From Octopus bimaculoides (taxonomy: Eukaryota), in the NCBI RefSeq assembly GCF_001194135.2, contig NC_068987.1, positions 84,244,762 through 84,308,761 on the forward strand: a stretch of 64,000 nt of DNA, given 5' to 3'. The notes under the pieces are model-generated. The model did no database searches and had not been told where the DNA came from. It saw nothing but the letters and a program-made list of their open reading frames with translations. The position numbers and the translations under genes were made by a program. Positions 39,300 to 50,239 of the stretch are shown here, piece by piece (the first letter of the stretch is position 1; each line of letters starts with the position of its first letter).

Positions 39300-40400
39300 C
39301 CAAGATACACCAGATATTTTATTTTGTTTTTATTTCCAAATTTTATGTTACTGTTTTTGCTTTTCCTTCTGACATTGCTACAACTTCACATATATGAACA
39401 GAATTGTATTGTAGTATTCTTTAGTTGTTATTCAATACAACATTTTAAGTGCACATCTTACTTCATGTGATGTTATGCTTTGCTTTTAAATATTTTATGC
39501 CGTACAGTCCATGCAATAGTGTAATCTGTTACTATCAGACGTTAGTTTTTGATAATTTTTGCTCATTTATTTTTTCTATCAGAATTTCCAGTAAACTTCC
39601 TTTCTTCTCAGACATGCGGTCCAATATCGTTACCGAATTTTCATATGAGTTTAGAAATGCTGGTTGGTAATAAATAATATTATTGGATATACATTCATGT
39701 AACGTATTTGATATTTCCAAATATAAATTGCTCTCATGCGTAAGATAATCCTTCGGGGTTGAGGTGTTCCTTGATGTCTTTTGTATTGATCAAGATGATG
39801 CCAAGATATTTATTGGCTTCATTATTCAAAAACCGTAACTTTTGCTTATCAGATATGAATGCATTGGATCTTCTAAATTTGCTTTCGTTTGATCCCTACC
39901 CAACATATATTTGCCCCTAAAGTCATACAATTATCTCGGCAAATACTACAACAAATGTGACTCAAACTTTACATTTAGCACGTTATTCAGTATCTGTAGC
40001 AGATGTTTGATGCTGTCGCCTCTTTAAGTGTGTAGACGCCATTAAATCTCTAACGCTGACACTGTCTCAATCCCAGATATATTTCAAATGATAGATTTCT
40101 AGATGGCCATCAAGATATTCCCTGCTTTTACTGCATCTGCATGATCGTTTTTAAGAATTCGTGGATTAAATGCTATGAATCATAGAATGAATATGGTCAA
40201 GTGAAGTCATATATCGTTATCATAATATATTTATCTGCGATAAAGAATTGTTAGTCACTCATGATTTATTTCTGATCTTTTCACCTTTATTTTACTATTT
40301 CGTAACGTCATTATCAGTCCTGCCGTAGCGGGGGCGTACGTTGTCATCTTTACAAGTTTGAAACTATTACGAATCGGACATCATTCTTCAGGTTTGTTCT
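39300..40400 (-). mobile_element. Highly decayed R2/R4-like RT fragment
   Basis: Remnants in order: YDS...HLIHEFLKTIM, RGDS, SHLL, NKYLGI. These match the R4-clade pattern (YDSVPH...I.FL...M; QGDSLS; NHLL.MDD; YKYLG). Many stops. Confidence 0.5.
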
Positions 40401-40985
40401 ATAAAAACAGATTGGAATTTCTTCAATAAAATTATTTTATGCAATCAATAATTACTTGATAATTATTTTCATAGCCTGAACTTCTCATACGCTCATATTT
40501 CAGATTCTGTTACCTTCGCAATTATTTTAGCAAATCAAAGTGCGTTTTGTTATATTTCATTTGCATACCACTTTCTCATAAAATATACATAACACCCACA
40601 ATTTTTTTAAAATTTCATCTATTTTCATTTTATATGGATGCGTCAACGATGTTGGAAACCGATAGATAGTAAAAGAATATCATTTAAGTGAGCTGTGTTT
40701 TCTTCATATATATATATATATATATANNNNNNNNNNNNNNNNNNNNNNNNNNNNNNNNNNNNNNNNNNNNNNNNNNNNNNNNNNNNNNNNNNNNNNNNNN
40801 NNNNNNNNNNNNNNNNNNNNNNNNNNNNNNNNNNNNNNNNNNNNNNNNNNNNNNNNNNNNNNNNNNNNNNNNNNNNNNNNNNNNNNNNNNNNNNNNNNNN
40901 NNNNNNNNNNNNNNNNNNNNNNNNNNNNNNNNNNNNNNNNNNNNNNNNNNNNNNNNNNNNNNNNNNNNNNNNNNNNNNNNNNNNN

Positions 40986-41019
<34 letters not shown>

Positions 41020-41952
41020 TCATGGCTACGGGTTATGTAGAAGGGTGCTATAGAAGCGGGTAACGTAGAAGCGGATAATGTAGAAACTGATATAATTCTT
41101 ACTCGTCCCATAATATTTGTGAACAACACGCATATGCTTCCCCAATCAAAAGGCCATGTTCAAAAGTATTATGGTTTTCTGCAGGCATATTTGGTATCAA
41201 TTTATATCAATGTTGAGAATAAAGAAACGGACTTTCTAAGCTCTATGTATTTGTACATATATAAGGATATGAGTAAACAGGGTTAGTGATGTGGGAAGTT
41301 TGGTATAAATGTATAGGGACCTTGGGCTTCTTGAAAATCGTCGAAAGCTTTTAGTCATTGCTTCACGTCTTTACCACACTTGAACGAATATAGACTCTTA
41401 CTTTGCTCAGTACCTGGGGAGTTGTTATCGAATTTAAACCTGAGAACCCTCCTTTGGTATTCCTGAATCGTTTGCTACCAAGAAAATCTACATGAACCAA
41501 TAATTTTCAGTAGTAATGCCAGAAACGATCACAATTATGCCAGAAACACGGTTCATTAGTACATTTTCTGATGAAAAATAGGGCTTTGTGCAAAGAAATG
41601 ATGTCACAATACTTCAAAGACATCCTTTAATCATGGAATACTAAAGACGTTCACATTGGCAGTTTCATTGTGGCACAAAGGCGATTTTTGGCAGAAAATG
41701 TGCCAATAATTGTTCCAAAATTGTTACATATAGGTTTGGAGCATCATAAATGCACTCATAACACTCCTTGTACGTTGCTGCATTTTTTGACGCCCAAAAC
41801 AAATTTGGCAATGTAGATATCCAGTTATAAACGATGCTTCTTGGGGCTAATGAACGGTGAGAATGTCTTTTCCAGGATAGCCATACTATGTTGGCAAATA
41901 ACTTTTACTTTAAAGAATCGTTTCTGAATCTCTCTCTTTCTCTCTCTCTCAA

Positions 41953-41987
<35 letters not shown>

Positions 41988-42019
41988 CTCTCTCTCTCTG
42001 AGAGATGTAGAAATAATAG

Positions 42020-42070
<51 letters not shown>

Positions 42071-42142
42071 ATGTGTGTGGAGAATGGAGCAACAAATACG
42101 AGAAGAAGCAGTTCTGTTGGGCTAGTTAGCCGTTGTTTTATT

Positions 42143-42221
42143 GTGTGGAGGTTATGTAATCAATCATTGTGGAGGTTGAGGTTATGTAGTGAGTCATTGT
42201 GAATGTTATGTAATAGTCATT
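42143..42221 (-). repeat. Three imperfect tandem units (23, 30 and about 26 nt), AATGA...TACATAAC..
   Basis: Minus-strand units start at 42221, 42198 and 42168. Confidence 0.85.
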
Positions 42222-42269
42222 TACGTACGTTTCAATCTAGCCAATGGTTTGGCAGATCTCATCAGAATG
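42218..42269 (-). ncRNA. Minimal type I hammerhead ribozyme (Penelope-type)
   Basis: CATT-CTGATGA-GATCT GCCAA[ACCA]TTGGC t AGATT-GAAA-C[GTAC]G-TA/AATG. All core nucleotides present, 10-bp stem II, palindromic stem III loop, GUA cleavage triplet, 4-bp stem I. Confidence 0.75.
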
Positions 42270-42720
42270 TTGAGGAGTATGTTGAGAGTTCGTGGTGCGA
42301 AGGATGTAGAAGTGATTGGTTGGTATATTAATGTATATGCTGGTGTAATAATAGCGATAGGTAAAGCAAGCCTTACATTTTAGTTGAAGTTGTGTTGGTC
42401 TTCCTGTAAGGGGATGTAGGATGGGTGCTATTTAAGCTCATTATTCCGGTTTTAATCAAGTGCATCTCCACATGATTTTATGATTGAGGGATCTGTCATA
42501 TATTTATAGCACCCCTGGTTGCTTGGATGCTTCAGACTACCCCTGAAGGATTGAGGCAACCCTATCATTTACCTATATATATTTATATATATATAATATA
42601 ATATAGGATAAATTCTTTATAAGAATTTATCAAGTAGTCAGCGTGAAAAAAACCTCATAATGAAAAAAATAACGAAAAATTTCGTAATGAAAAAAATCAT
42701 CGTTTCTTCATAGATATAAT

Positions 42721-42971
42721 TAATTATATATAAGGGCATTAACTGTGTATTAATGCCTCAAAAAGAATACAGGTTACTTCACAGTTTTTTCTGTATTTGA
42801 TTGAGAAACCAGTGGTCTACCGTTGAGTTAAATGTTTTTAAGAGATAAATTCTGAAAGCTGCATTCCCTCGCTTTCGGTAAATATGTTGCTTATTTTTGG
42901 TAGTTTTTGACTTATTTAATCCCTCAAAGCGTGAGGCATTAATACACAGTTAATGCCCTTATATATAATTA
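42721..42971. repeat. Perfect 40-bp inverted repeat pair enclosing 171 bp (MITE-like or inverted element end)
   Basis: taattatatataagggcattaactgtgtattaatgcctca (42721-42760) is the exact reverse complement of 42932-42971. Confidence 0.9.
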
Positions 42972-43364
42972 TATATATATATATATATATATATAATAGA
43001 TAGATAGATAGATGTATATAAATATACCCACATAAATGCACACACTTACATATGCATGCACTCATATAAATATAGAGCACTCCTTGATAAATTTTGGAAT
43101 ATATTCTGAAATCTCTTGACACGGTTTGGATACAAAAAACAATGTTTAATAATAAATAGTTATTTTGAAATATTTCTTGTCAGTATGAATTCGTATGTCA
43201 AGAAGATATATCACAGACAGTAAAGCGGATGTGAGCAGCTACGATAAGCAATATCTTCTGCTTTTATCAACTCAAATTTTGTCATAAATGCAAAGAATCA
43301 CATAAACTAGCGTGGCAAATGTAGTATTCAAAACCAGCTCTTATGTACAGCAATAGTAAACGCT

Positions 43365-43450
43365 TCGGTTTCTTTTACTTTTTATTTATTTCCATCATTG
43401 AACTGCGGCCATGCTGGGATACCTACTTGAAGTATTTGGTCCAGTGGATC
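43365..43450 (-). mobile_element. SINE family A, 3' end
   Basis: tccatcattgaactgcggccatgctgggatacc. Confidence 0.6.
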
Positions 43451-43981
43451 GCAACCATTTTTTTTTATGATGCCTTTTGATTACTATTTTGTTCTTGCGG
43501 ACTCCCATAGCCATTCATTTTTTAAAAGTAGTTTTATAAAAACTCCCTTCAAAATTCTTATTTATCTTTTAACACTTAAAATTGTGTAGGTCGAACTATG
43601 TAAACTGTTAGAGAAAGAACCTACCTGTTAGTTGCAATATTTGCCAATTCGTACATCTAAAGCAACATCTTTTCAGACCACTTTGAAATACTACTGTGGA
43701 TCCCAAGTTTACTATTTTGTTGCTTTACCGCCCCCAAAACCCTTTTCATTTTAAAAGTCTGGCCCTTATTCAATAGGTTCCTTTTGTCATACTCCAGGGT
43801 CACGTGGACGTAAACAAGCTACTACCTGTTGCCTAGTATAGAATTTGAAAATAAGTTAATAATGTTTGAAATATTATGAGAAGGAGTGTGGAAGAGGTAA
43901 AGCTTGCACAATATTTGTAAAATCTCTATAGAAATTGGCAAAGTGTTGAGAAAACATGCAAACGCGTCTAGGAATACTTAC

Positions 43982-44034
43982 AGAGAAGTTGAAGCAACTT
44001 GAATCGAGGACGTAAAAATGCAGACGTTTTTACA
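43982..44034 (-). CDS. Candidate 53-nt exon
   Basis: ccattttctgtctctttgcag|TGTAAAAAC...CTTCTCT|gtaagt; frame 0 reads CKNVCIFTSSIQVASTS. Confidence 0.35.
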
Positions 44035-44473
44035 CTGCAAAGAGACAGAAAATGGTGAACGGAAGTGAGGCAAGAACAAAAACTGACTCTTTTAAGAGTA
44101 GATAGGAGAAGGATGTAACCAGAACAGTGGTGCATCTGTATGTATGTGGGTATTAGTAAGATGAAGACTGATCAGCGGTCAAACACATATGCCTGTTAGA
44201 AAATGGGGAAATAAGTGGATGATTCAAAGAAACGATCAGAAATAGTTTCGAAGTGTAGAAAACTATGTACCTGTGTACCAGTGATTGTACGCATGTCGGT
44301 TGTGTACAGTGGGTGAGAGAGAGGGGGTAGATAAATAGATAGACATATAGACAGATAAATAGATAGAGAGAGAAAGAAAGAGAGGTGTGTATAGTGTGTG
44401 AGGGTATGTGTATCAACGTAAATGAGAGAAAGACGTGAAAGAAAAGAGTTGGAAAGAAAAGTACAAGTTTTAC

Positions 44474-44569
44474 CCCGGGAATTTGGAAGAGGTTGCATGA
44501 CAAGTATGATTCGTTGCTTCCGGGTGCGTTTAAAGAAATGAATAGGTGACTGTGGGAAGATGGAAGCAT
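44474..44569 (-). CDS. Candidate first coding exon (ATG to phase-0 donor)
   Basis: MLPSSHSHLFISLNAPGSNESYLSCNLFQIPG|gtaaaa; about 150 nt downstream of the TATA-like site. The donor is only moderate. Confidence 0.25.
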
Positions 44570-44716
44570 GATTAGATTGTAGATAGCAGAAAAAGCAGAG
44601 GTTAAAGCGTTAGAGAGGCACGTTGATAACGTGATAGATGAGGGGAATGGATCTGCTATAAGTATTGAACTTCTTTCTAATTTTGAATCTAAGAATGACT
44701 CTTGCCAAATTTCCCT

Positions 44717-44878
44717 TTAAATACCTGCTGCTAGGCTCCAGCAGGCAGCCCCGGCAAGTTGTCACGTGACACTGTTTAAACTTTAACTGACCAATGGAGG
44801 GCGCGTAGTCTTACCCGCTGCTAGGCTCCAGCAGGCAGCCCCAAGCAAGTTGTCACGTGACACTGTCTAAAACTTTAA
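44717..44878 (-). promoter_or_regulatory. Promoter-like module: duplicated unit with TGTCACGTGACA E-box palindromes, CCAAT and TATA-like TATTTAAA
   Basis: Two copies of an approximately 65-bp unit (44722-44787, 44812-44878). 12-bp palindromes at 44760-44771 and 44851-44862, ccaat at 44791, minus-strand TATTTAAA at 44724-44717. Confidence 0.45.
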
Positions 44879-45825
44879 TCTCAATCGTAAATTGTATTAC
44901 ACTTTATAACATAACATAGTTAATCCTAGTTTCTTTCAGGAGCACAAGGAACACATCTATTAAGGTCGGGAGCTGATTACGTCACTCATAGATACTTCTT
45001 TTTATCGACTGGTGATGGTTAAAAGAGAAAATTAAATTCAGCGACGGGATTTGAACCTATAAAATAAAGAGCAGTAACTAAATACCCAAGTGCATTTTAT
45101 CTGATGGTCTACGATTCTGCCGATCCAGCAACATATTTGATATCGATCCTCCGTTTTCTACATCTATATTCGATATTTTGCAACAACATATTGCACGTGT
45201 CATCGGATTTTCCAGCAAAGGAGTTGTTCCCACGATGCAGGCAAACTTGTCATCATATTTTAATATAGAAATTAAACACTAAGTTATTCTTCTTTCCCTC
45301 ACGGTGTAAGAATACTGGCTTTAAGCATTTATAGACCCAGATAAATACTTTTATTCAATAAGCCATTTATTGTATTCGCGGATCAATTCAACTGACTGTA
45401 AAAAAAATTGACCCTAGGCTTATTGATAGTATATTTTTTTCATTTAGGGAATTATCGCAGGATATATTTCAGAAATATTGCAAAATTTCATTCTTTGAAT
45501 ATTCTTCCGATCAAATGCTCACAGAAATAATTTGATTAGCTTGTTGAAGCGTTAATCACTCTTAGAGTAGTGCTATATTTCCTACAGATAGAAGTAACAT
45601 TTTATTTCTTTTGCTCAAAGCATGAGAGATTTTGAAACTACAGCTCTAGTTTTATGATATTCTTGATGCATTGGCGTTGAAATATCTACTTAGTGCTGAT
45701 AGTTGAATTGTTATCTGGCTCTTCTTGTTGGTGTTTAGCCTCAAGTTAGCTCTCATAAACAGATCTATAGGCAACGGCATTCAAAACGTAACGATTCACT
45801 ATCATTATATACTTGGGTTTATATA

Positions 45826-46190
45826 CTCCTTTACTTGTTTCATTCATTTGACTGTGGCCATGCTGCAGCACCGCCTTTTAGTCGAGCAAACTGACTCCAG
45901 GACGTATTCTATCGTTCTTTTGCCGAACCGTTAAGTTACGGGGACGTAAACACACCAACATCGATTGTCAAGTGACGTTGGGGGGACAAACACAAACACA
46001 AACATATACACACATACATATATATATACGACGGGCTTCTGTCAGTTTCCGTCTACCAAATCTACTCAGAAGGCTTTGGTCAGCCTGAGGCCATAGTAGA
46101 AATCACTTGCCTAAAGATACACGCAGTGGGAATGATCCCACAACCATGTGGTTGGTAAGCAAGCTTCTTACCACACAGCCACTCCTGCGC
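45826..46190 (-). mobile_element. SINE family A, full length
   Basis: Reverse complement of 57181-57577, including the internal microsatellite. Confidence 0.92.
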
Positions 46191-46479
46191 ATATTATATA
46201 GTTATAGTATGTACTAATATAACATTCAGGTTGTAACCATTCCATTTTCTTCTAGACAGACTGTACATTGTTCGTGCGGGAAGAGCTGAGGGGAAAAGTG
46301 GTTCATATTTCTAATGAAAAAGGAAAAAAAATACAAAGGAAAACCCCTGCATAAATTTTCTCTCGTTGGCCTCTTATTTGTATCTTTTTTGGTTTTATGA
46401 GTGAAACATATCAAGCTATTGAATCGAACGCGAACAAATAAATAGAGAATTATAATAATCATAAGTTCAAGATTATCCT

Positions 46480-47025
46480 GACAAGAAGTGTGGCGTGGGA
46501 GAGATCAAAATGTTGTTAAAGATGTTTGCAAACTGACGATACCAAAGACTGAACTGGAAACAAGAAGTTTGTGGACTGTATGCATGCAGCACAATACAAA
46601 GGAACTGAAGGGTCATGGCGAGCCGAAACCTGGACACAGAGAAGACAATTGGCTGATAATTATTATTGCAAGAACGAGAACATTTATAATGGTCTTAAGG
46701 ATGAGGTCAAATGGTATCTTCCCAAAACACAAAATGTCATCATATGTACAAACGTTAAAAATTTTCTGGTACTTTTATATACGAAACCGATGGTGTGGTA
46801 GACACAGAAGGCCATATATTCTGGTTCTGTACAAAAGAAGATTGAAAGAAATGAGTGTAACTGCAATAATGATTGGTGCATTCAGAATAGTAACTACCAA
46901 TCGTAAATCATTGTCAGATAATTTGCAACTCAAAGGAAGTATGGAGTTGCTGCGGAAAGCCATGGTGCTCGGGACAGCAAGGTCCATAAGATTACTTGTG
47001 ACCTAAGCTTGCTGTTTGTAGCTTG
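46480..47025 (+). mobile_element. R2/R4(Dong)-like non-LTR element, 3' end
   Basis: KIFWYFYIRNRWCGRHRRPYILVLYK resembles KILWDF..TD..I.HRRPDIVV; terminal TAIMIGAFRIVT...MELLRKAMVLGTARSIRLLVT* resembles PIVIGALG...LQK..LLGTA.ILR. Confidence 0.75.
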
Positions 47026-47084
47026 ATCTCTAGCCTACCTGTTATTACGTGCTGCTATAAGCTATGCAACTTTATTATTATCAA

Positions 47085-47138
<54 letters not shown>

Positions 47139-47468
47139 CATTATTGTTGTTGTTGTTGTTGTTTTTGTTGTTGTTTTTGTTGTTTTTGTTGTTTTGTTGT
47201 CGTCGCCGTCGTTGTTAATATCAGTATTAAATATGAAAATGGCTCAGAACAATACATGCGAATGTAATTTCTCTGTTTGCACCAGAGAAATATGTAAGCC
47301 ATACCCATCCCCGTGATAGAATCCACGCTTTATCACCCATCAACACTGTTACATTTGATGTCAGTGCCAGTGCTGTTGCTATTCACTCCGTTCACGCAAC
47401 CCGTCTGTACACTTAAGGTTGTTGCATAGCTTATAGCAGCACGTAATAACAGGTAGGCTAGAGATCAA
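47023..47468. repeat. Perfect 48-bp inverted repeat pair enclosing 350 bp
   Basis: ttgatctctagcctacctgttattacgtgctgctataagctatgcaac (47023-47070) is the exact reverse complement of 47421-47468. Confidence 0.95.
47081..47215. repeat. (TAT)n grading into (TGT)n
   Basis: Directly visible. Confidence 0.95.
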
Positions 47469-48475
47469 ACCTTGCTTGAAATGTAAGAGCGTGCAAATTG
47501 TAACACTGAATAGTCGGAGGTGTCCTGTTATAAATTCTTCTACAGTGGAAGTTCTTGTTTTGAATATATTTCCTCCGGTGCCACCAGCGCGATCGTTTCG
47601 CTGTTAAAATAAGATCATAAATGTTGGTCTTTGCACATTGGACGTATTTCTAGGTTTATCATCATAAATCCGCTCGGCGTTGATTTCAAACGAAGGTCTA
47701 GCTCATAAAATGTCTATCAATTGGATAAAGTTCGGATAACTGACTGTCTGTGTTTTATAGGTATGGTGATGCGTTGACACTAAAAGCGAAAATGATAAAA
47801 AAAAAATAATACAATGAAAATTTGGAGGAAAAACAGAGAAAAGAAGACAGAAAACAAAGAAAATAACCAACATATACCAATAAAAAAAAATCGAATGCTG
47901 AGAAAAATGAAGGAAATACAAAAAAAATAAAACAGAAATGAAACATGATCGAGGAACAAGAAAGTTTACTACGTATAAAATATACGCCATTCATTGCATA
48001 ATGTTAGATTGTATGTAGAGACCATTGTACACGTATGTATACACATATAGGACCGGGTGCATATGTCTTTGTCTCTCACTGTATTTATGTGTGTGTATAC
48101 ATAACACTCTCGCATACACATATATAATATACGAGCATGTTCAAGATATAGTCTTTTGGGAACAATAGGTGGATATGTTTCAGCGTGTATGTATGTATCT
48201 ATATCTCTGTCTCTCTTTCTATTTCTCTCTCTCTCTCTCTCTCACTCTCTCTCTCTCTTTATATATACACGTTTATGAATTTGTGTTGCAAGATTCCTGA
48301 TGCGAAGTCGTGTGTTGAAACAGAGAATGGAATGAGCAGAGAAAGAACACACACAAAGACGGTAAATGCTGGTGAGTAGGTCACGGATGTGTAACGAAAA
48401 ATTTCCGGATAATGGGCATGAGTTGAAATAACTTTATTTGGCCATCCCAAAATAGAACATATATATATACATACA

Positions 48476-48524
<49 letters not shown>

Positions 48525-48692
48525 NNNNNNNNNNNNNNNNNNNNNNNNNNNNNNNNNNNNNNNNNNNNNNNNNNNNNNNNNNNNNNNNNNNNNNNNNNNN
48601 NNNNNNNNNNNNNNNNNNNNNNNNNNNNNNNNNNNNNNNNNNNNNNNNNNNNNNNNNNNNNNNNNNNNNNNNNNNNNNNNNNNNNNNNNNNN

Positions 48693-48746
<54 letters not shown>

Positions 48747-48829
48747 TATTATCATTTTATTGAACGCCAGGCATCCATTTCCAAGTTTAACTTATATATA
48801 TATTGAACTACCTCAGCCGCGTCAGGTAA

Positions 48830-49125
48830 CCGCATAACGCATCGGGTAAGTGTCTTCTACTAAATCGCCGAACCGATCGATGCTTTATGAGAGAATTTGG
48901 TATATATTTGTGTTTGTCTTACACACAAATATACACATACACTTTCCACCACTTGACAACCGGTGCTAGGTTAGTTATCTTCTCGTAAAACTGCCGGTTC
49001 GACAAAAGAAACCAGTCTTAAGAAAACGGCCTTGCGTAATGGCATCTATTTGTTTGATTAAAACCCTTCAAAGTGGTGCCCTAGCATGGCCGCAGTTCAA
49101 TGACGAAGACAAGTAAAACATAAAT
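48830..49125 (+). mobile_element. SINE family A, diverged
   Basis: gggtaagtgtcttctac...cacttgacaaccggtgc...aaacccttcaaagtggtgccctagcatggccgcag. Confidence 0.7.
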
Positions 49126-49199
49126 GATAATTTCAAGATACATCTTGGCGGGATCCCTGGCATTCATCGTTAGTGATTTTAGTAAGCTGTTAGTTGATT

Positions 49200-49360
49200 C
49201 CGGGTCTTTCAACGTGGGATCCTATTGCTTAGTTGATGCAGCCAGGTCCGAACAAGACCCGGCTAAGTACAATGGTTGATTTGTTCGACTAAAGCCCCTT
49301 AAAGTGATACACTTTCATGGCTGCAGTCCAATCACCGACACAAGTAAAAGAAAACAGATA
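49200..49360 (+). mobile_element. SINE family A, 3' end
   Basis: tggttgatttgttcgactaaagccccttaaagtg...catggctgcagtccaatcaccgacacaagtaaaag. Confidence 0.55.
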
Positions 49361-50151
49361 AAAAGTATAGTAACTACAATTATCAAGAGTGACATATAGA
49401 ATCCAAGTAGAGTTTCAGAGATATGACATAAAATTTAATCGCTTAAAAATATGTCGTATCGTTTAGTTTCATTTTAATACCTTGCTACGATAAGATACTT
49501 AACTCTCCTTTCTCAGCAAATCATAAACTGACACTGCAATTAAACTCACATCATATTCAGAAATTCTAGTCTATGTATCTGTCAAGAAATATACAAATTG
49601 ATATATAATAAAGCTGTAAAATTATCATTTACTTTGTCTATTATAATTTTCTATTAATTATATCGTATATCTTAGTAGTTAACGTTTTCCTGAGAGAACA
49701 TTGCAGATAAGACCAATGCTTTGAATCGTTTCACTAATTTAATTCGTTTCGCCAGGTCGCGACCTATTAATTAGCAGTAATTATAACAATCAGAATAATC
49801 GGACAGGAATCGTTCTTCCGACATATTTAGTTTCAGATTTGAGATGACAATTATAAGGAAATCAGACTGACGTTACTTCGCTACTGTATTCAGTCAGATA
49901 AATACAAGCTATCAGATTCGAGGTAAACGTAATAAAAATTCCGATGCTATGATTCTGAATGCAGAAATATTCATTTAGTTAAAGACGAACCTGAGTTTAT
50001 AAGCTATTTGTCGGAGCACGTACTGTGTACGTGTGTGTGTGTGAGTGTGCGCATGCGTATGTGTGCATGCATGTGTGTGTGTGTGTACGTCTGTATGCAT
50101 CTATGTATCTAGCTTCCTTTGTCTGTCTGTCTCTTTCTGTTTCCTTCCTGC

Positions 50152-50182
<31 letters not shown>

Positions 50183-50239
50183 TTTCTCTTTCTTTTTCTC
50201 CCCCTTTCTCTCTTTTTCTAGGAGTCGATCTGTGGCAAG

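Noticed and set aside
41230-41900. Faint Gypsy-integrase-like words (VHVDFLG, ITTPQVL) on the minus strand
   Set aside because: Too degenerate; no DDE residues or GPY/F motif could be placed.
48395-48460. Mariner-TIR-like ttgggatggccaaataaagtt next to TA (minus strand)
   Set aside because: Single end only; no partner TIR or transposase found.
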